Virus record (IMG/VR): IMGVR_UViG_3300010354_015978
Span: 32,001-96,000 of that record
Length of the DNA: 64,000 nucleotides
Source of the DNA: a virus
Strand: one strand, 5' to 3'
This document shows, in pieces, positions 47,767 through 58,205 of the stretch. The position numbers and the translations under genes are program-made. Positions within the stretch are counted from its first letter, which is position 1. Every line of letters starts with the position of its first letter. The notes beneath the pieces are model-generated. The model did not search any database. It saw nothing but the letters and a program-made list of their open reading frames with translations, and was not told the origin of the DNA.

Positions 47767-48776
47767 GTTGTCTCCTGGTCTCTTAAATGTCCCGCGTAGG
47801 GACTGTTCAGCCACCGGGCAAACACTTCGGCCTGCTCGCTGATTTTGTTGAGTTCAAAACGTCCGCAAAATCGCATGAAGTGTACACCTACCTGGGGCTG
47901 GATACCAACTCGCACGTTGTCGTGGATGGCAGCGTCTACCGCGGCCTTGACATCGCTGGGCTGGGCAGTAAGGTCTACCAGTTGCCGATTGCGATGATAA
48001 TCATCCAAGACTCTGTGCTCTTGTCCTTCGTGATCGGTCCAGCGGCTCAGCATGAGATTGTTCCAAGCATAACCCTGTCGTTCACGATCTGCAAAGGCTT
48101 CCTGCAATCCCACGCGATTCTTGGTGCCCTTGACCCTCACACCGGGATAGGCCGAGAACACATTGTCAGTGGGATCACCCCTCATGCACTTCTCAAACAA
48201 CAACCACTGGGGGTCAGGAGTGGTCTTGGGCTGCTGGGTTTTCTTGTCTAGTACCGGCTGATTCTTGGCATCAAATATGCCCTGTATGGTCAGCAGTTCA
48301 TCTGTGATGCCGTTGTATTGCTGTACGTTGGGTGCCAACAGTTGAACGAAGTCAGTGTCGCTGGACACAATAATGTGTTCATCGCCGGGGTGTAAAGCGA
48401 TCCAGCGGGCAATGACATCGTCCGCTTCGGCCCGTTCGTGCCTGATCACGGAGCAGTTGGTGTGCTCCAACAAGTATTTAGTCAAGTGATCGTAGGTTTC
48501 CCAGAACACCTGCTCTTCTTCACGCTCTTTTTCTGTCAGTGCAGCACGGTTTTCTGCACGATTGCGCTTGTAGGGCGGATATACATCCTTGCGCCAACTG
48601 CGTCCCTCCAGGGCAAATACCACGTGATCCGCAGGGAATCTACGGTATACCTTGTTGATGCTGCTGAGCGTGATGTGCAGGGCGTAGCCAACTTTCTCCC
48701 ATGTGTCAGCAGCCCGGAAAGCCGCGTGACGGGCACGGAAGAACACATTGGCTGTGTCCATGAGAAGATATCGCAT
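47763..48776 (-). CDS. RNase H / 5'-3' flap exonuclease (T4 rnh-like)
   Basis: YKRNR, EADDVIA, SSDTDFVQL, RGDPTDNV. Confidence 0.9.
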   Translation of the reverse strand: MRYLLMDTANVFFRARHAAFRAADTWEKVGYALHITLSSINKVYRRFPADHVVFALEGRSWRKDVYPPYKRNRAENRAALTEKEREEEQVFWETYDHLTKYLLEHTNCSVIRHERAEADDVIARWIALHPGDEHIIVSSDTDFVQLLAPNVQQYNGITDELLTIQGIFDAKNQPVLDKKTQQPKTTPDPQWLLFEKCMRGDPTDNVFSAYPGVRVKGTKNRVGLQEAFADRERQGYAWNNLMLSRWTDHEGQEHRVLDDYHRNRQLVDLTAQPSDVKAAVDAAIHDNVRVGIQPQVGVHFMRFCGRFELNKISEQAEVFARWLNSPYAGHLRDQETT

Positions 48777-48781
48777 CGAGA

Positions 48782-49495
48782 TTACACCAGTAGTTCGTTA
48801 TCTATGATGTAGTTTAACATGAAATTGGCCCAGGCCGCATGGGCTTCTTGTCCGAAATGCCAAGATTCGGGCGAAACAGTCCTGAAGCGATTGCGTTTTA
48901 GATATGCGTCGTAGGTAAAGTCTGGGCTGTAGGGCATGATGTAGTTCACGCCCCAGTCTCGCCGCTGGCTCTGCACAATGTCACCAAAATGATTGTTGCC
49001 GTTGAAAAACACATGGCGCACATTTTGGGCCCGGAGTTCCAAATGCAGTTGCCAGATGTCTTCGTGTGCGCGTCGTGCGCAGTCACGATAATCCATGTCA
49101 GCAACCCACTGACGATAGCGTTTGTGATGTTTGGCGGGGACATCATCTGTGCCCGAGGCTGTGACCTGATAACTCACACCATCGATCCACCATTCTTCAC
49201 GCTCCCAAGTGCTCCACTGGATCACTATCAAGGTCTCGGGCAACCAGGACTGATTGCGTGACAGCCACTCGCGCGTGGTGCGCAGTATACGGGCATTGCT
49301 GCTGGCCGACTCAGCGTCGGTGTGCAACACTGCCTTGATGTTTTCGCTGAGTCTCTTGGCCCAACTCACTTGCCAGTTATCGGGATGCGGTGCTCGCTTC
49401 ATGTAGTTGAAGCGCGGATCATCCTCGGCAAAGGCATGTGGATTTACTGCTTCAGCGGCAGCAGCGTGGCTGTCACCGTTGACGTAGAGTTTCAT
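48782..49495 (-). CDS. SGNH/GDSL-like protein
   Basis: NGDSH, SNARI, WHF...AH. Confidence 0.6.
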   Translation of the reverse strand: MKLYVNGDSHAAAAEAVNPHAFAEDDPRFNYMKRAPHPDNWQVSWAKRLSENIKAVLHTDAESASSNARILRTTREWLSRNQSWLPETLIVIQWSTWEREEWWIDGVSYQVTASGTDDVPAKHHKRYRQWVADMDYRDCARRAHEDIWQLHLELRAQNVRHVFFNGNNHFGDIVQSQRRDWGVNYIMPYSPDFTYDAYLKRNRFRTVSPESWHFGQEAHAAWANFMLNYIIDNELLV

Positions 49496-49965
49496 GGCCG
49501 TGTGACCTTTTCGGCTTCGGCTGCTGCCACGCGCTTGCGCAGACTGCTGCTGCTGAACGAGTGATCTCGACCGTTGTAGATGATGTCAATGCCGCGCTGA
49601 AAACATTCGTCGCGACCAGAAAAATCTTTGTTTTCGTATTCCACGCCCAGGATGCGCACATCCAGGGGCAGGATCAACAGCAGGTCTATAAGATCGCGTT
49701 CGGTCTCGTACACCACCACCTCGTCCACGTAGCGACAAGCCGCTAACTGTATCTGTCGCTCCACGATGCTCTGCACGGGATGATTCTTGGTGTCGGGACG
49801 ATCTATAGTGGGGTCGGTTTGTAGACCGGCAATGAGATAATCGCAGTGATTCTTGGCTTCGCTCAGCATGGCTATGTGGCCAGCATGCAGCATGTCAAAG
49901 GTGCTGAACGTGATGCCGATCTTCTTGCCATCGGCCTTGAGCTGTTTGACATGATTGAAAATCAT
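49492..49965 (-). CDS. Cytidylyltransferase (TagD-like)
   Basis: FDMLHAGH, YVDEV, RDHSFSSS. Confidence 0.9.
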   Translation of the reverse strand: MIFNHVKQLKADGKKIGITFSTFDMLHAGHIAMLSEAKNHCDYLIAGLQTDPTIDRPDTKNHPVQSIVERQIQLAACRYVDEVVVYETERDLIDLLLILPLDVRILGVEYENKDFSGRDECFQRGIDIIYNGRDHSFSSSSLRKRVAAAEAEKVTRP

Positions 49966-50150
49966 GCGACCTCCCGGAACATTTGTCGCCGGCCTTCTTC
50001 ACCCAAGACAGCATCAAAGATTTCTCGGGTGCGCTGCATCATGGCACAGGCCAGCATGAGCTGATCATGGCTATTCATGCACTCCATGATCTGCCGGTCC
50101 ACCGGCACCATGAGTTGTTCCATGCGTGTTTTTACTGCGTCGTCTGTCAT
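49962..50150 (-). CDS. Hypothetical protein
   Basis: Operon-packed ORF. Confidence 0.6.
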   Translation of the reverse strand: MTDDAVKTRMEQLMVPVDRQIMECMNSHDQLMLACAMMQRTREIFDAVLGEEGRRQMFREVA

Positions 50151-50154
50151 GTCA

Positions 50155-50832
50155 TTACCTCTTGACCAGCACTCCCTGTAGTGAAGTGGCCTGTGCAAAT
50201 TGTTCTATACCGGTTTGGAAAATACCAGGACTTAAATTGTCATTGATCAACTGTGCTAATTTTTGGTGATTTGCCGGCATCAAATGTCCCGTCCTAGCAT
50301 CCAAATAGTGATCATGCCAAGCTCGACATGCATCGTCACTATCGAACAATGGTCTGATCTCCCAACAAGATACGTCGTACAAGTTGAATTGTAACTTCAA
50401 AGGAGGAAAAAAACAAGGGATCACCATGACGTTTGGCCAGGTGCGCATGACATGATGTATAACGGCAGCATTGACAAAGTTGTCTTGCTCTACGTCTACC
50501 AGTTCCATGTAGTAGTCGCGATACACTTGCTGTTTGCGTTGCACTCTAGAATCTTTGCTGACAATAGGTTCAGTCACGCGCCAATGTTGCCAGGTTCGTG
50601 GCCATGGTGGACCATAAGGAGTTGGAAAACTCAGTCGCCCTGGCATGGTAGCGCACCATATGGCCAACTCGTAGTTTGCTGCATGCTCCTGCAGTCGCTC
50701 CACGCTGAACATGATGCTGCTGCCAGGTTCGCCATGGCAGGTCACGTCGTGCCCTAGATCAGCCAGATACCTCCACCAAATTGGAGTTTGGTCAGCGTGG
50801 GCATAACTGTCGCCAAAGACCCCAATCTTCAA
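50155..50832 (-). CDS. SGNH/GDSL-like protein
   Basis: TTG start, KIGVFGDSY, DARTGHL...NH. Confidence 0.6.
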   Translation of the reverse strand: MKIGVFGDSYAHADQTPIWWRYLADLGHDVTCHGEPGSSIMFSVERLQEHAANYELAIWCATMPGRLSFPTPYGPPWPRTWQHWRVTEPIVSKDSRVQRKQQVYRDYYMELVDVEQDNFVNAAVIHHVMRTWPNVMVIPCFFPPLKLQFNLYDVSCWEIRPLFDSDDACRAWHDHYLDARTGHLMPANHQKLAQLINDNLSPGIFQTGIEQFAQATSLQGVLVKR

Positions 50833-51235
50833 CTGTGTTCTCTCCGTCCTCCGCCGATGTCGCGACTGCGAGTGTAGCGCACCTGTGGATTCATGGCCTG
50901 TTCTTGTTCCCAGGTTTCTAGCACACGTTGCGACAAACATTCTGGAACCAACGATCCACGATGTCGGCATCAGTATCTCTGGGATCCTTTTGATATCCAG
51001 CGCGTACAAGATTGGCCACGAACTTGTCATTCCAATCTAGTTCAAACGCACCAGAGTTGATGTCCTCGGGATCAATGTCCATGCTGATAACTGTGATATA
51101 GGGTTCACCGCGCTCGTTGGCCAATTCTTTTTCGGTCTTCTCAGGCGGCTTGGGCGGTTCAGGACGAGGTTCAGCAGCAGCTCGGGGCTTGACCGGCTTG
51201 CGTCCAATATTGAGTAGTTTGTTCCAAAGTTTCAT
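50829..51235 (-). CDS. Hypothetical protein, probably frameshifted near 50924
   Basis: FELDWNDKF..W; ends CRNVC* but a shifted frame continues LETWEQEQ... to a stop overlapping the next start. Confidence 0.65.
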
Positions 51236-51245
51236 GTGGTGTACC

Positions 51246-51479
51246 TCAGTCGCGACTGGCTTGCGCGATCATGTCTTGGTATTCTGCATTGGGATGGTCA
51301 CGCAGTCTTTCGTGGTATAAGTCTATCACGGTCTTGGCCGCAGTGGCCGGGAACAGACTGGGGTGGATGGCATGCAGTAGACTGGCCACGCCGGCACCAA
51401 TCAGTCTCAGTCCCGCTATCAGGGCCCAGCGGCTGTGTTCAGCGTAGGTTACTCCGCTTTCAACTAGATGTGGGTGCAT
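51246..51479 (-). CDS. DUF6356-like small protein
   Basis: HL.ESG.TY.EH...HAIHP.LF. Confidence 0.7.
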   Translation of the reverse strand: MHPHLVESGVTYAEHSRWALIAGLRLIGAGVASLLHAIHPSLFPATAAKTVIDLYHERLRDHPNAEYQDMIAQASRD

Positions 51480-52893
51480 GATCAAGTTCCTGTTGTTTGA
51501 ATGCATACAACAAAATAGGACGACTGGGCTTCATGCCGCTCAGGACTTCGGGCAAGTCAAAGCGTTTGACTGCTTTCAACACATGCCAGGGACTCAAGTC
51601 ACGGGCAATGTCTTGATTGATGCGGTCTAGATCAGCAGGCATGCTGTCGTCAAACACTGCCAGGTAGAGTTCGTTGTCCTGGAAATCGCCCACGACCTGG
51701 AACTGTGACGTGCCAAAGTGTTCACGCAAGTATGTATCCAACGGTGCTATGTCCACGGCTCTTTTACCGCGCCAAATTTTGTAGTTGCGCGCCCGAAAAC
51801 GAACGCCGTGATCCAGCGACTCAAAAACATCTTCGATGCTGTGCCATGCGTGTCCGGCCCAACGCACATCCACGCTGGTGGGGTTGAAACGATATTCAAG
51901 ATTGGGCATGATCTCGTGAAACACGCCGGGCTGGAAATCTTTATAGTTGTCCGGCGTGATCCTGCCCACAAACATCACGCCCACTTCGCTGCACCCAAAG
52001 ATATCCAAGATCTCGCGCGGCTTAAGATTTTCCATGACCCACGACACCTTGTTGGGTGTGGTACCGCGTATGCAATGCAGGCTGAGTTTGCCCATGAGAT
52101 CCGTGGGTCTGGCACGGTCAAAGTCCTGTAACCAGTCATAGGGCACCAGCATGCGTGTCACGCCAAACTGATAGGCATAAGGCAGCACACGACTGGCAAA
52201 GGTTGCACCATCATAGGTTCCACCTTCTAGCAGATCGGACCGGCTCCAAAAATGTGTGCTGCTGACGTGCAGCAAGGGAATGGCATAGTTGAGAAACAGG
52301 CTGGCATGATGCAGCGTTTTCCAATGAAAGGCACGGTCATGCATGTTGAAACCAAACATACCAATGAGGTTGTGCGTGAGATCCGCAACCAATTGGTGTG
52401 TGAAGTCCACGATCTTGGGCATTCCCGTGGTTCCGCTGCTGTGCGTTTTCACTGCCACGGTATTGGCGTCTATGGGCGCTGATATCTGCCACTCAATCTC
52501 GGCGTATTGTGCCTGTGGCGCGTAGTCCGTGGTGCTAAAAGAGATCTTGTCGGCAAAGGCCTCGCGCACCACATGATCATGTATGACCACGTCCACGAAG
52601 TCATAGAAACCGCGGAACTCGGGAATGGCAGTATAGCCTACATGGAAGTCGTGTACAAATACATTGGCGCCCAACTCCCACACCGCCTGCAGGCAAGGCA
52701 CGATGTGGTCAAAGTTGTTGTGCCCAATAAACACCGTGCGGCCCACGGTGTCACCACCCAGCAAGTGATAAAGTTGGTGTTTGTAAAACAACCTGCGGTT
52801 GTTGATCTCGACATGATCAATGAGATTGCCATGGAAATCTATCAGACGCAGATCTCTGCGTATCAGTTCCGCGGCATTCACGAATTGCGTCAT
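51460..52893 (-). CDS. Adenylate-forming (AMP-binding) enzyme-like protein
   Basis: HSSGTTGMPK P-loop, FGCSE. Confidence 0.7.
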   Translation of the reverse strand: MTQFVNAAELIRRDLRLIDFHGNLIDHVEINNRRLFYKHQLYHLLGGDTVGRTVFIGHNNFDHIVPCLQAVWELGANVFVHDFHVGYTAIPEFRGFYDFVDVVIHDHVVREAFADKISFSTTDYAPQAQYAEIEWQISAPIDANTVAVKTHSSGTTGMPKIVDFTHQLVADLTHNLIGMFGFNMHDRAFHWKTLHHASLFLNYAIPLLHVSSTHFWSRSDLLEGGTYDGATFASRVLPYAYQFGVTRMLVPYDWLQDFDRARPTDLMGKLSLHCIRGTTPNKVSWVMENLKPREILDIFGCSEVGVMFVGRITPDNYKDFQPGVFHEIMPNLEYRFNPTSVDVRWAGHAWHSIEDVFESLDHGVRFRARNYKIWRGKRAVDIAPLDTYLREHFGTSQFQVVGDFQDNELYLAVFDDSMPADLDRINQDIARDLSPWHVLKAVKRFDLPEVLSGMKPSRPILLYAFKQQELDHAPTSS

Positions 52894-53789
52894 CAAGTTC
52901 CCCAGGCGTTGCGCCAGATATCCACTTGCAGTCTTGGGCTGTAGCGCCATCCGCGCTGCATGGCCAGTCGTGCCACCTGCTGAGTGTTCAAGTTATATAC
53001 CTGCGGAACTCCGCCCACGGGCATGAGATAGATGGGACCCGAGAAGCCTGCGCCACGGAATTCTTGTACCGCACGGTCTGCATCCTCCACATCCTGCTCA
53101 GTGGCCACCACGAACTTGAGATAGGTCATGCCCAATTCTTGATAAGACGCCACTACTTCGGGACGTATGGCCTTGTCCCAGGGTTCGCCTGAGCATGGCA
53201 GTTTGGGACTCACGCTGAAAGTGAGATTGTCATGATCTCGACCGTGACGTGTGAAATCTGCAAACAGGAAGTCATGCATTTCAGCATAAAGCGCCTGTGT
53301 GCCGTTGGTCTCGAACGTTAGATTCTGCAGGCCGCGTTGCATGCACAGCCCGATCATTTCGGGATACAGTTGCTGATAGCCCAACAAGGGCTCGCCGCCC
53401 GTGATCACGAGATGCACGTCGTCTTGGAAACGATTGTTGGTCCAGTTCCCGCCGGGAATCAAGGCATGCATTCGATCCACGATGACATCTACAGAATCCT
53501 GCTCATTGAACCGCTTGAACTCGGGATAGATGCTGGCATAGGTATCGCAGCCCGATGTGACCAGGGGTAGGTCTTCAAACTTCTGATAGCGTGTGGGCTC
53601 TCGTCGTATGTCATCAATGATGGCGACCACTTCGGGATTGTGCCCGTCAATGACTTCATCCCGCGGGCGCCCAAACTTGCGGCAGCGGAAGTTGCAGCCA
53701 AAGGTTCTAAAGAACACACTGGGCACACCGGCCCAGCGTCCTTCGCCCTGCAGGCTGTAGAATACTTCTGTGTAGGTGATCTTTTCCAT
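52893..53789 (-). CDS. queE: 7-carboxy-7-deazaguanine synthase
   Basis: SLQGEG, GCNFRC...CDT, TGGEP, ETNGT, SVSPK. Confidence 0.9.
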   Translation of the reverse strand: MEKITYTEVFYSLQGEGRWAGVPSVFFRTFGCNFRCRKFGRPRDEVIDGHNPEVVAIIDDIRREPTRYQKFEDLPLVTSGCDTYASIYPEFKRFNEQDSVDVIVDRMHALIPGGNWTNNRFQDDVHLVITGGEPLLGYQQLYPEMIGLCMQRGLQNLTFETNGTQALYAEMHDFLFADFTRHGRDHDNLTFSVSPKLPCSGEPWDKAIRPEVVASYQELGMTYLKFVVATEQDVEDADRAVQEFRGAGFSGPIYLMPVGGVPQVYNLNTQQVARLAMQRGWRYSPRLQVDIWRNAWGT

Positions 53790-54221
53790 CTATACCTCTC
53801 GGGTTTCGTCTAGGTTTGAATCACTGGGAAACTTGAAACTGCCAAACCTGATCAACAGCAAACTGATGGCCAGGATCAATATAGCGCCACACATGGCCAC
53901 GATCTCCCAGATCTTGTCATGAGCAGCCACCAGGTCCACCACGTATCTTGTGATGGCTGTTATGGCTATGTAGGCCAGGAACCGCACCGGCATGTGATTT
54001 GTCTTGAAGTAGATGCCTACCATGGCACCGATCTCAAGATAGATAAACAGCAGCAATAGATCCTGCACCGAAGCATGATGCTTGTCCAGCAGTCCAATGA
54101 AAGTCCATGTAGCAGCCCACACCGTGGCAGCACCTATGGCAAACAAGGCCAGCCGGTGGAACACACCAACCAGTTGATTGCCCAACTGGTCTAGTTTGTT
54201 CATGAGTTTTGTTGTGGCCAT
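53790..54221 (-). CDS. PsiE family membrane protein
   Basis: DLLLLFIYLEIGAMVGIYFKTNHMPVRFL.YIAITA.TR. Confidence 0.85.
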   Translation of the reverse strand: MATTKLMNKLDQLGNQLVGVFHRLALFAIGAATVWAATWTFIGLLDKHHASVQDLLLLFIYLEIGAMVGIYFKTNHMPVRFLAYIAITAITRYVVDLVAAHDKIWEIVAMCGAILILAISLLLIRFGSFKFPSDSNLDETREV

Positions 54222-54637
54222 ATTTCTTCCCTAAGATATCTCAACAGTTCCTTGTCCGTGGGCTCAACGGCGTAGTTCTTTTTGAAAAAGATCTCATAGG
54301 AGTCAGACCCATACTTACCGATACCATACAACATTGTAGCATCATCGCCGTGCCAAGTCAAGAAATCGCGAGTCATGCGCTGCAACCTATTATAGCGCAC
54401 ATTAACCATGCCCAAGGGCCAAATCACATCACGCACATCCTGTTCGCGTGCCTTGACAAACTCCAAGGGACTGCGCCAGCGACTCATGAACACAGGGAAC
54501 ACAGTTTTAACTGGCTTGCGCCCAGTCTGGTTCAGCATGATCACAGCCACCATGTGCTGCCACTTGCCCCAGACAGTGTCTAGGCCATCGGGCAACTGTT
54601 GTTGTACCATGAGATCATCGCGCAAGGGCTTGAGCAT
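54200..54637 (-). CDS. HhH-GPD DNA glycosylase (MBD4-like)
   Basis: IMLNQT, PLG, LYGIGKYGSDSY, PTDKEL. Confidence 0.8.
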   Translation of the reverse strand: MLKPLRDDLMVQQQLPDGLDTVWGKWQHMVAVIMLNQTGRKPVKTVFPVFMSRWRSPLEFVKAREQDVRDVIWPLGMVNVRYNRLQRMTRDFLTWHGDDATMLYGIGKYGSDSYEIFFKKNYAVEPTDKELLRYLREEIWPQQNS

Positions 54638-55319
54638 AGTCGGCTCTCCAGAAGTCGGCCGCGGCCGAGTGTGCTTGTTCAAGTGGGTGTAGTCCAGGTT
54701 GTGTAATGGGGTAATCATGATGCCGACACCACTCCAAAAAGGTCATACCATCCCAAGTGCGCAGGCTGGGGCGTGTCAAGTCCAGCAAGGCCTGTGAGTA
54801 TGCAGGAGCATGTTGGTCGCTGTCAACCAATTCGGGATCCATGTAGGTTTCAATGCTGGTGATGCCGCGCTGCCGGAGAAACTGCTGTGTGACAAACATG
54901 CTGTTGAGACTGCGCCACTTTTCCCATGTGCTGCTATGGCCTGTGAACTTTTCATACACATCCAATACGGCACGCGAATCAGCCTGATTCATGTGTTGGT
55001 GTAGTTTGCTGGGCACACAGGTTGGTCCCAGAGTGACCCAAGATTCAGTGGAGACCACATAGAAATCCCAGCGCAGGGCCCAAGTCCAATTGATCACGGC
55101 CAGGGTGTTGTGCGAGTGGTTTGTGGCAAAATATTCCACGACCTGGCGAGCAATAGCATCGTTGCCGCAGCCAGGTATGGCTCGAGTCTCGTAGTCGCAG
55201 CCTAGGTCAGCGGCAATGCGCCCCGGCCATGCTCGGTGGCCATCGGCGTTGTCCTCAAGTTCGGATCCATATACGAAACTGTCGCCAAAACTTACAATTT
55301 TTATTCTCGCAGAGCCCAA
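54615..55319 (-). CDS. SGNH/GDSL-like protein
   Basis: FGDSFVYG, GCGN, HPLEQAH. Confidence 0.6.
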   Translation of the reverse strand: MGSARIKIVSFGDSFVYGSELEDNADGHRAWPGRIAADLGCDYETRAIPGCGNDAIARQVVEYFATNHSHNTLAVINWTWALRWDFYVVSTESWVTLGPTCVPSKLHQHMNQADSRAVLDVYEKFTGHSSTWEKWRSLNSMFVTQQFLRQRGITSIETYMDPELVDSDQHAPAYSQALLDLTRPSLRTWDGMTFLEWCRHHDYPITQPGLHPLEQAHSAAADFWRADYAQALAR

Positions 55320-56446
55320 TGGTTCTCTCCTCTTATTTGGTCCAGCGTATCATTAAAATTTTCGCTGCGCTTCCAGAGTCCCTTGTCAAATGGCGTGTTC
55401 TCGATCCCCTGTATCAAGCCTCCTAACATGCTACGTTGTTCCTCATCTAGATCCATGTCACGGCACCGCACAAGATATTGCAAAACTTTGCCACGTAGAT
55501 GATCCGGCCAATTATAGGCTGAAAGATAGTATGGTCGATCACACACAAAAAACTGGTGCCGGCAACCAAGATCTCCATGACGACCTTGGGGTTCTCGACT
55601 CAAGGCCTGTGCCCAACGTCCCAACTCCAATACCGGCGCCAATCGCATCACGTTGAGGTTGCTGACCACGGTGTTGATGTCAAGGCTTGAACTGTACTGG
55701 GCCAGCCAGGCTAGATTGGCGTGCACCAAAGACCAGTTGGTACCATGTCGGACAATCTCGGCATCTGCACCCACAGCATCAATGCTGACGGTCCAGTGCA
55801 GATTGGGCAATCTCAGGGTGAGTTCGCGCCAAAAGTCATCGGTGAAACTGCCATTGGTGGTGATCAACACCTGCACATCAGATCTCCCGCTGGCCAGCAC
55901 ATGTTCCAACATGGTTCTAACTTCGGGAATCAAAGTGGGTTCACCGCCTGTAAACATGAAACGTCGTATCTGGCCTACGTTGTTCAGTATCCAATCACGA
56001 TTGATGTCTTGCACACGCACGGTTTTGGTTTCCGGACGATCACCGTACCATTGCAGCAGGACCGGATTCTGTTTGGCTTCGTTGCTGATAGCATGACTGA
56101 AGTCGGGGTGGCAACTGCGGCAACGGTAATTGCAGATATTGCTGCTGCGATAGTCTATAAAATCAATATTGGTCTGATCACTGATTTCATGATTGTAGTC
56201 GCGTAGAGCCTCTGTACGCATGCTGCGTCCGTGTCTTTGTTCGCTGACCCAACAGCCGTTGCAAACTTTAGGCTGTTGGCCGGACAGAAACTGCTGCTGT
56301 AGATTGTTTAACCATGGGTGATTGACCCATTGGTCCAGTGTTACAGCCTGCCGGGGTATTTGACAACAAGGACTGACTCCGTGGCTATCAACAAATACCG
56401 ACTTAAACGGCAGAGGACAGTACCATTGCCGGCCAGCCTCGGTCAT
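55301..56446 (-). CDS. Radical SAM protein with twitch-like domain
   Basis: YCPLPF...PCC, SNICNYRCRSC, TGGEP. Confidence 0.85.
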   Translation of the reverse strand: MTEAGRQWYCPLPFKSVFVDSHGVSPCCQIPRQAVTLDQWVNHPWLNNLQQQFLSGQQPKVCNGCWVSEQRHGRSMRTEALRDYNHEISDQTNIDFIDYRSSNICNYRCRSCHPDFSHAISNEAKQNPVLLQWYGDRPETKTVRVQDINRDWILNNVGQIRRFMFTGGEPTLIPEVRTMLEHVLASGRSDVQVLITTNGSFTDDFWRELTLRLPNLHWTVSIDAVGADAEIVRHGTNWSLVHANLAWLAQYSSSLDINTVVSNLNVMRLAPVLELGRWAQALSREPQGRHGDLGCRHQFFVCDRPYYLSAYNWPDHLRGKVLQYLVRCRDMDLDEEQRSMLGGLIQGIENTPFDKGLWKRSENFNDTLDQIRGENHWALRE

Positions 56447-56814
56447 TTGGGCAAGAAAAATCCGTCCAGTTTGGGAGGTTGCCAATCGTCAGGCTTGAGT
56501 ATCTTGCCATCTTCTCGGCGTCGTACCTTGCCAGTCTTGGGATCAATCTTGGCAAAGTTGCTGCGCATGACTTCTTTCCATGCACCTTTACCATCGGCGC
56601 CTAGGCTGTGAATAGCACCCACTGTGACCACAATGATGTCGATCAAGGCATCCAACGCTTCAACATCATCCTTGGATTGCAGAGCTGCCTGTAGTTCTTT
56701 GTGTTCTTCTGCGATTAGATCACAGTAGAGATTGAACTGCGCATCATCAAATTTATCCACGGTCTGCCCGCAGGCTCGCATGAATTTGCGTTGATCTTCA
56801 AATACGTCACTCAT
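56443..56814 (-). CDS. MazG-like / PRA-PH-type NTP pyrophosphohydrolase
   Basis: LIAEEHKEL, DALID, EV.RSN..K, RREDGKILKP. Confidence 0.85.
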   Translation of the reverse strand: MSDVFEDQRKFMRACGQTVDKFDDAQFNLYCDLIAEEHKELQAALQSKDDVEALDALIDIIVVTVGAIHSLGADGKGAWKEVMRSNFAKIDPKTGKVRRREDGKILKPDDWQPPKLDGFFLPK

Positions 56815-57398
56815 TACTGATGCTCCTCTTGTGGATTCCAACGACGCCACCATTCTTCCCAGGGAAACACTATCCACTGGGGATCGTCTATCTTGTTGAT
56901 GGTTTCCGCACAATAGTCAACGTCCAGTGCGCTGGCACTGTTTTGATTTTCATACAGCACAGCCACGCGCACATTGTTGTTCCATACGTCCTGCCAGGCA
57001 GCATCCTTGGGCAGGCAACTGATCTGCCAGTCATTCTTGATCCAGGTCAGGGTGGCTCCGCTGTCATTGATGTCATCTACCAGCAGGATGTTCTTGCGAC
57101 GTGATATGTGGCTGCTGGTGGGCATTTCTTCCGTGCGCTCGCTCTGGGGCACATAGCCATATGCGTCTTCGGACATCCAGGCGTTGGTCTCGCAATCCAT
57201 TTCTTGGCCGTCGCGCAACGTGACCTTGAGTGTGTGCATGTGACAACCAAGATACTGGCTGATGAGGTTGGCGGGAACCAAACCACCGCGCGTGATGCCT
57301 ACCACATAGTCCGGCTGCCAGCCGTCACGCCACATCTGGCGAATGAGCTCCTGCACTTGGCGCTGCACATCATTCCAGCTCACATAAACTTTTTTCAT
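56814..57398 (-). CDS. Type I phosphoribosyltransferase (Gpt-like)
   Basis: GITRGGLVPA, LLVDDINDSGAT, WIVFPWE. Confidence 0.9.
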   Translation of the reverse strand: MKKVYVSWNDVQRQVQELIRQMWRDGWQPDYVVGITRGGLVPANLISQYLGCHMHTLKVTLRDGQEMDCETNAWMSEDAYGYVPQSERTEEMPTSSHISRRKNILLVDDINDSGATLTWIKNDWQISCLPKDAAWQDVWNNNVRVAVLYENQNSASALDVDYCAETINKIDDPQWIVFPWEEWWRRWNPQEEHQ

Positions 57399-58204
57399 GC
57401 ATACCTCGTCATCTGTCGGTTGGTATCAAACGCCAACATCTTGGCCCAGGGATCGCGTTTGCCTTGTTGGCACTCGGTGTAGGCAGTGGTATCATAGCCC
57501 TTTTCCGTCATGTACTCATGCAAGCGGTGTGCGTCTTGCATGCGTAGTTTTCGGTAGTTGGGATGGTTGAAGTCCCGAGGATTTTGAGGATTTCCCTCTA
57601 GTTCCCACATGCGCCTACCATCAAATGTAGCATCTTTGTTGTTGCCAGTCAAGTCAAAACGGTCATGATCCACACGTATATCGGTGCGCAGCATGATGTC
57701 CAACAACCAAGCAATCTGGCTGATCCAAGCGTCGTTGAGCGGATGCTGGCTGAGATAGCCTAAAACATCGTACCAGGCACGCGGAACAATGGGGAATATG
57801 CTGTAGGGATGGCTCTTGTGAGTGTCAAAGGCCTGGATCACAAACCTACCGGTCTCGGCACGGATCTTGCTGTCCCAACCTTTGTCCAGCATCACAGCAT
57901 CATCGTTCCAGAATATCATCCACTCGCCCTGGGCTTCAGCGGCCAAGGCATTGATATACTCATTGAGTCGTTGGTAACCCAGTCTAGGAAACATCATGAT
58001 TTCGTATGTGCCACCAGACGCTTCGATGCGCGGCAGTATCTGTGTCTGGAAGTAGTCCAGACTGTCTGCATCATCATCGTCAAACGCCATGATCCATTCA
58101 ATGTTGGCAGCATCAGCAGCATTGTCTATGAGACTCATGATGCTGCGCTCCAACATGGTGGTTCGACCTCGGGTGGGCAATAATATAGACAGCAACTCTG
58201 ACAT
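57395..58204 (-). CDS. Glycosyltransferase family 2
   Basis: SILLPTRGR, FDDDD, WNDD. Confidence 0.8.
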   Translation of the reverse strand: MSELLSILLPTRGRTTMLERSIMSLIDNAADAANIEWIMAFDDDDADSLDYFQTQILPRIEASGGTYEIMMFPRLGYQRLNEYINALAAEAQGEWMIFWNDDAVMLDKGWDSKIRAETGRFVIQAFDTHKSHPYSIFPIVPRAWYDVLGYLSQHPLNDAWISQIAWLLDIMLRTDIRVDHDRFDLTGNNKDATFDGRRMWELEGNPQNPRDFNHPNYRKLRMQDAHRLHEYMTEKGYDTTAYTECQQGKRDPWAKMLAFDTNRQMTRYA

Positions 58205-58205
58205 A

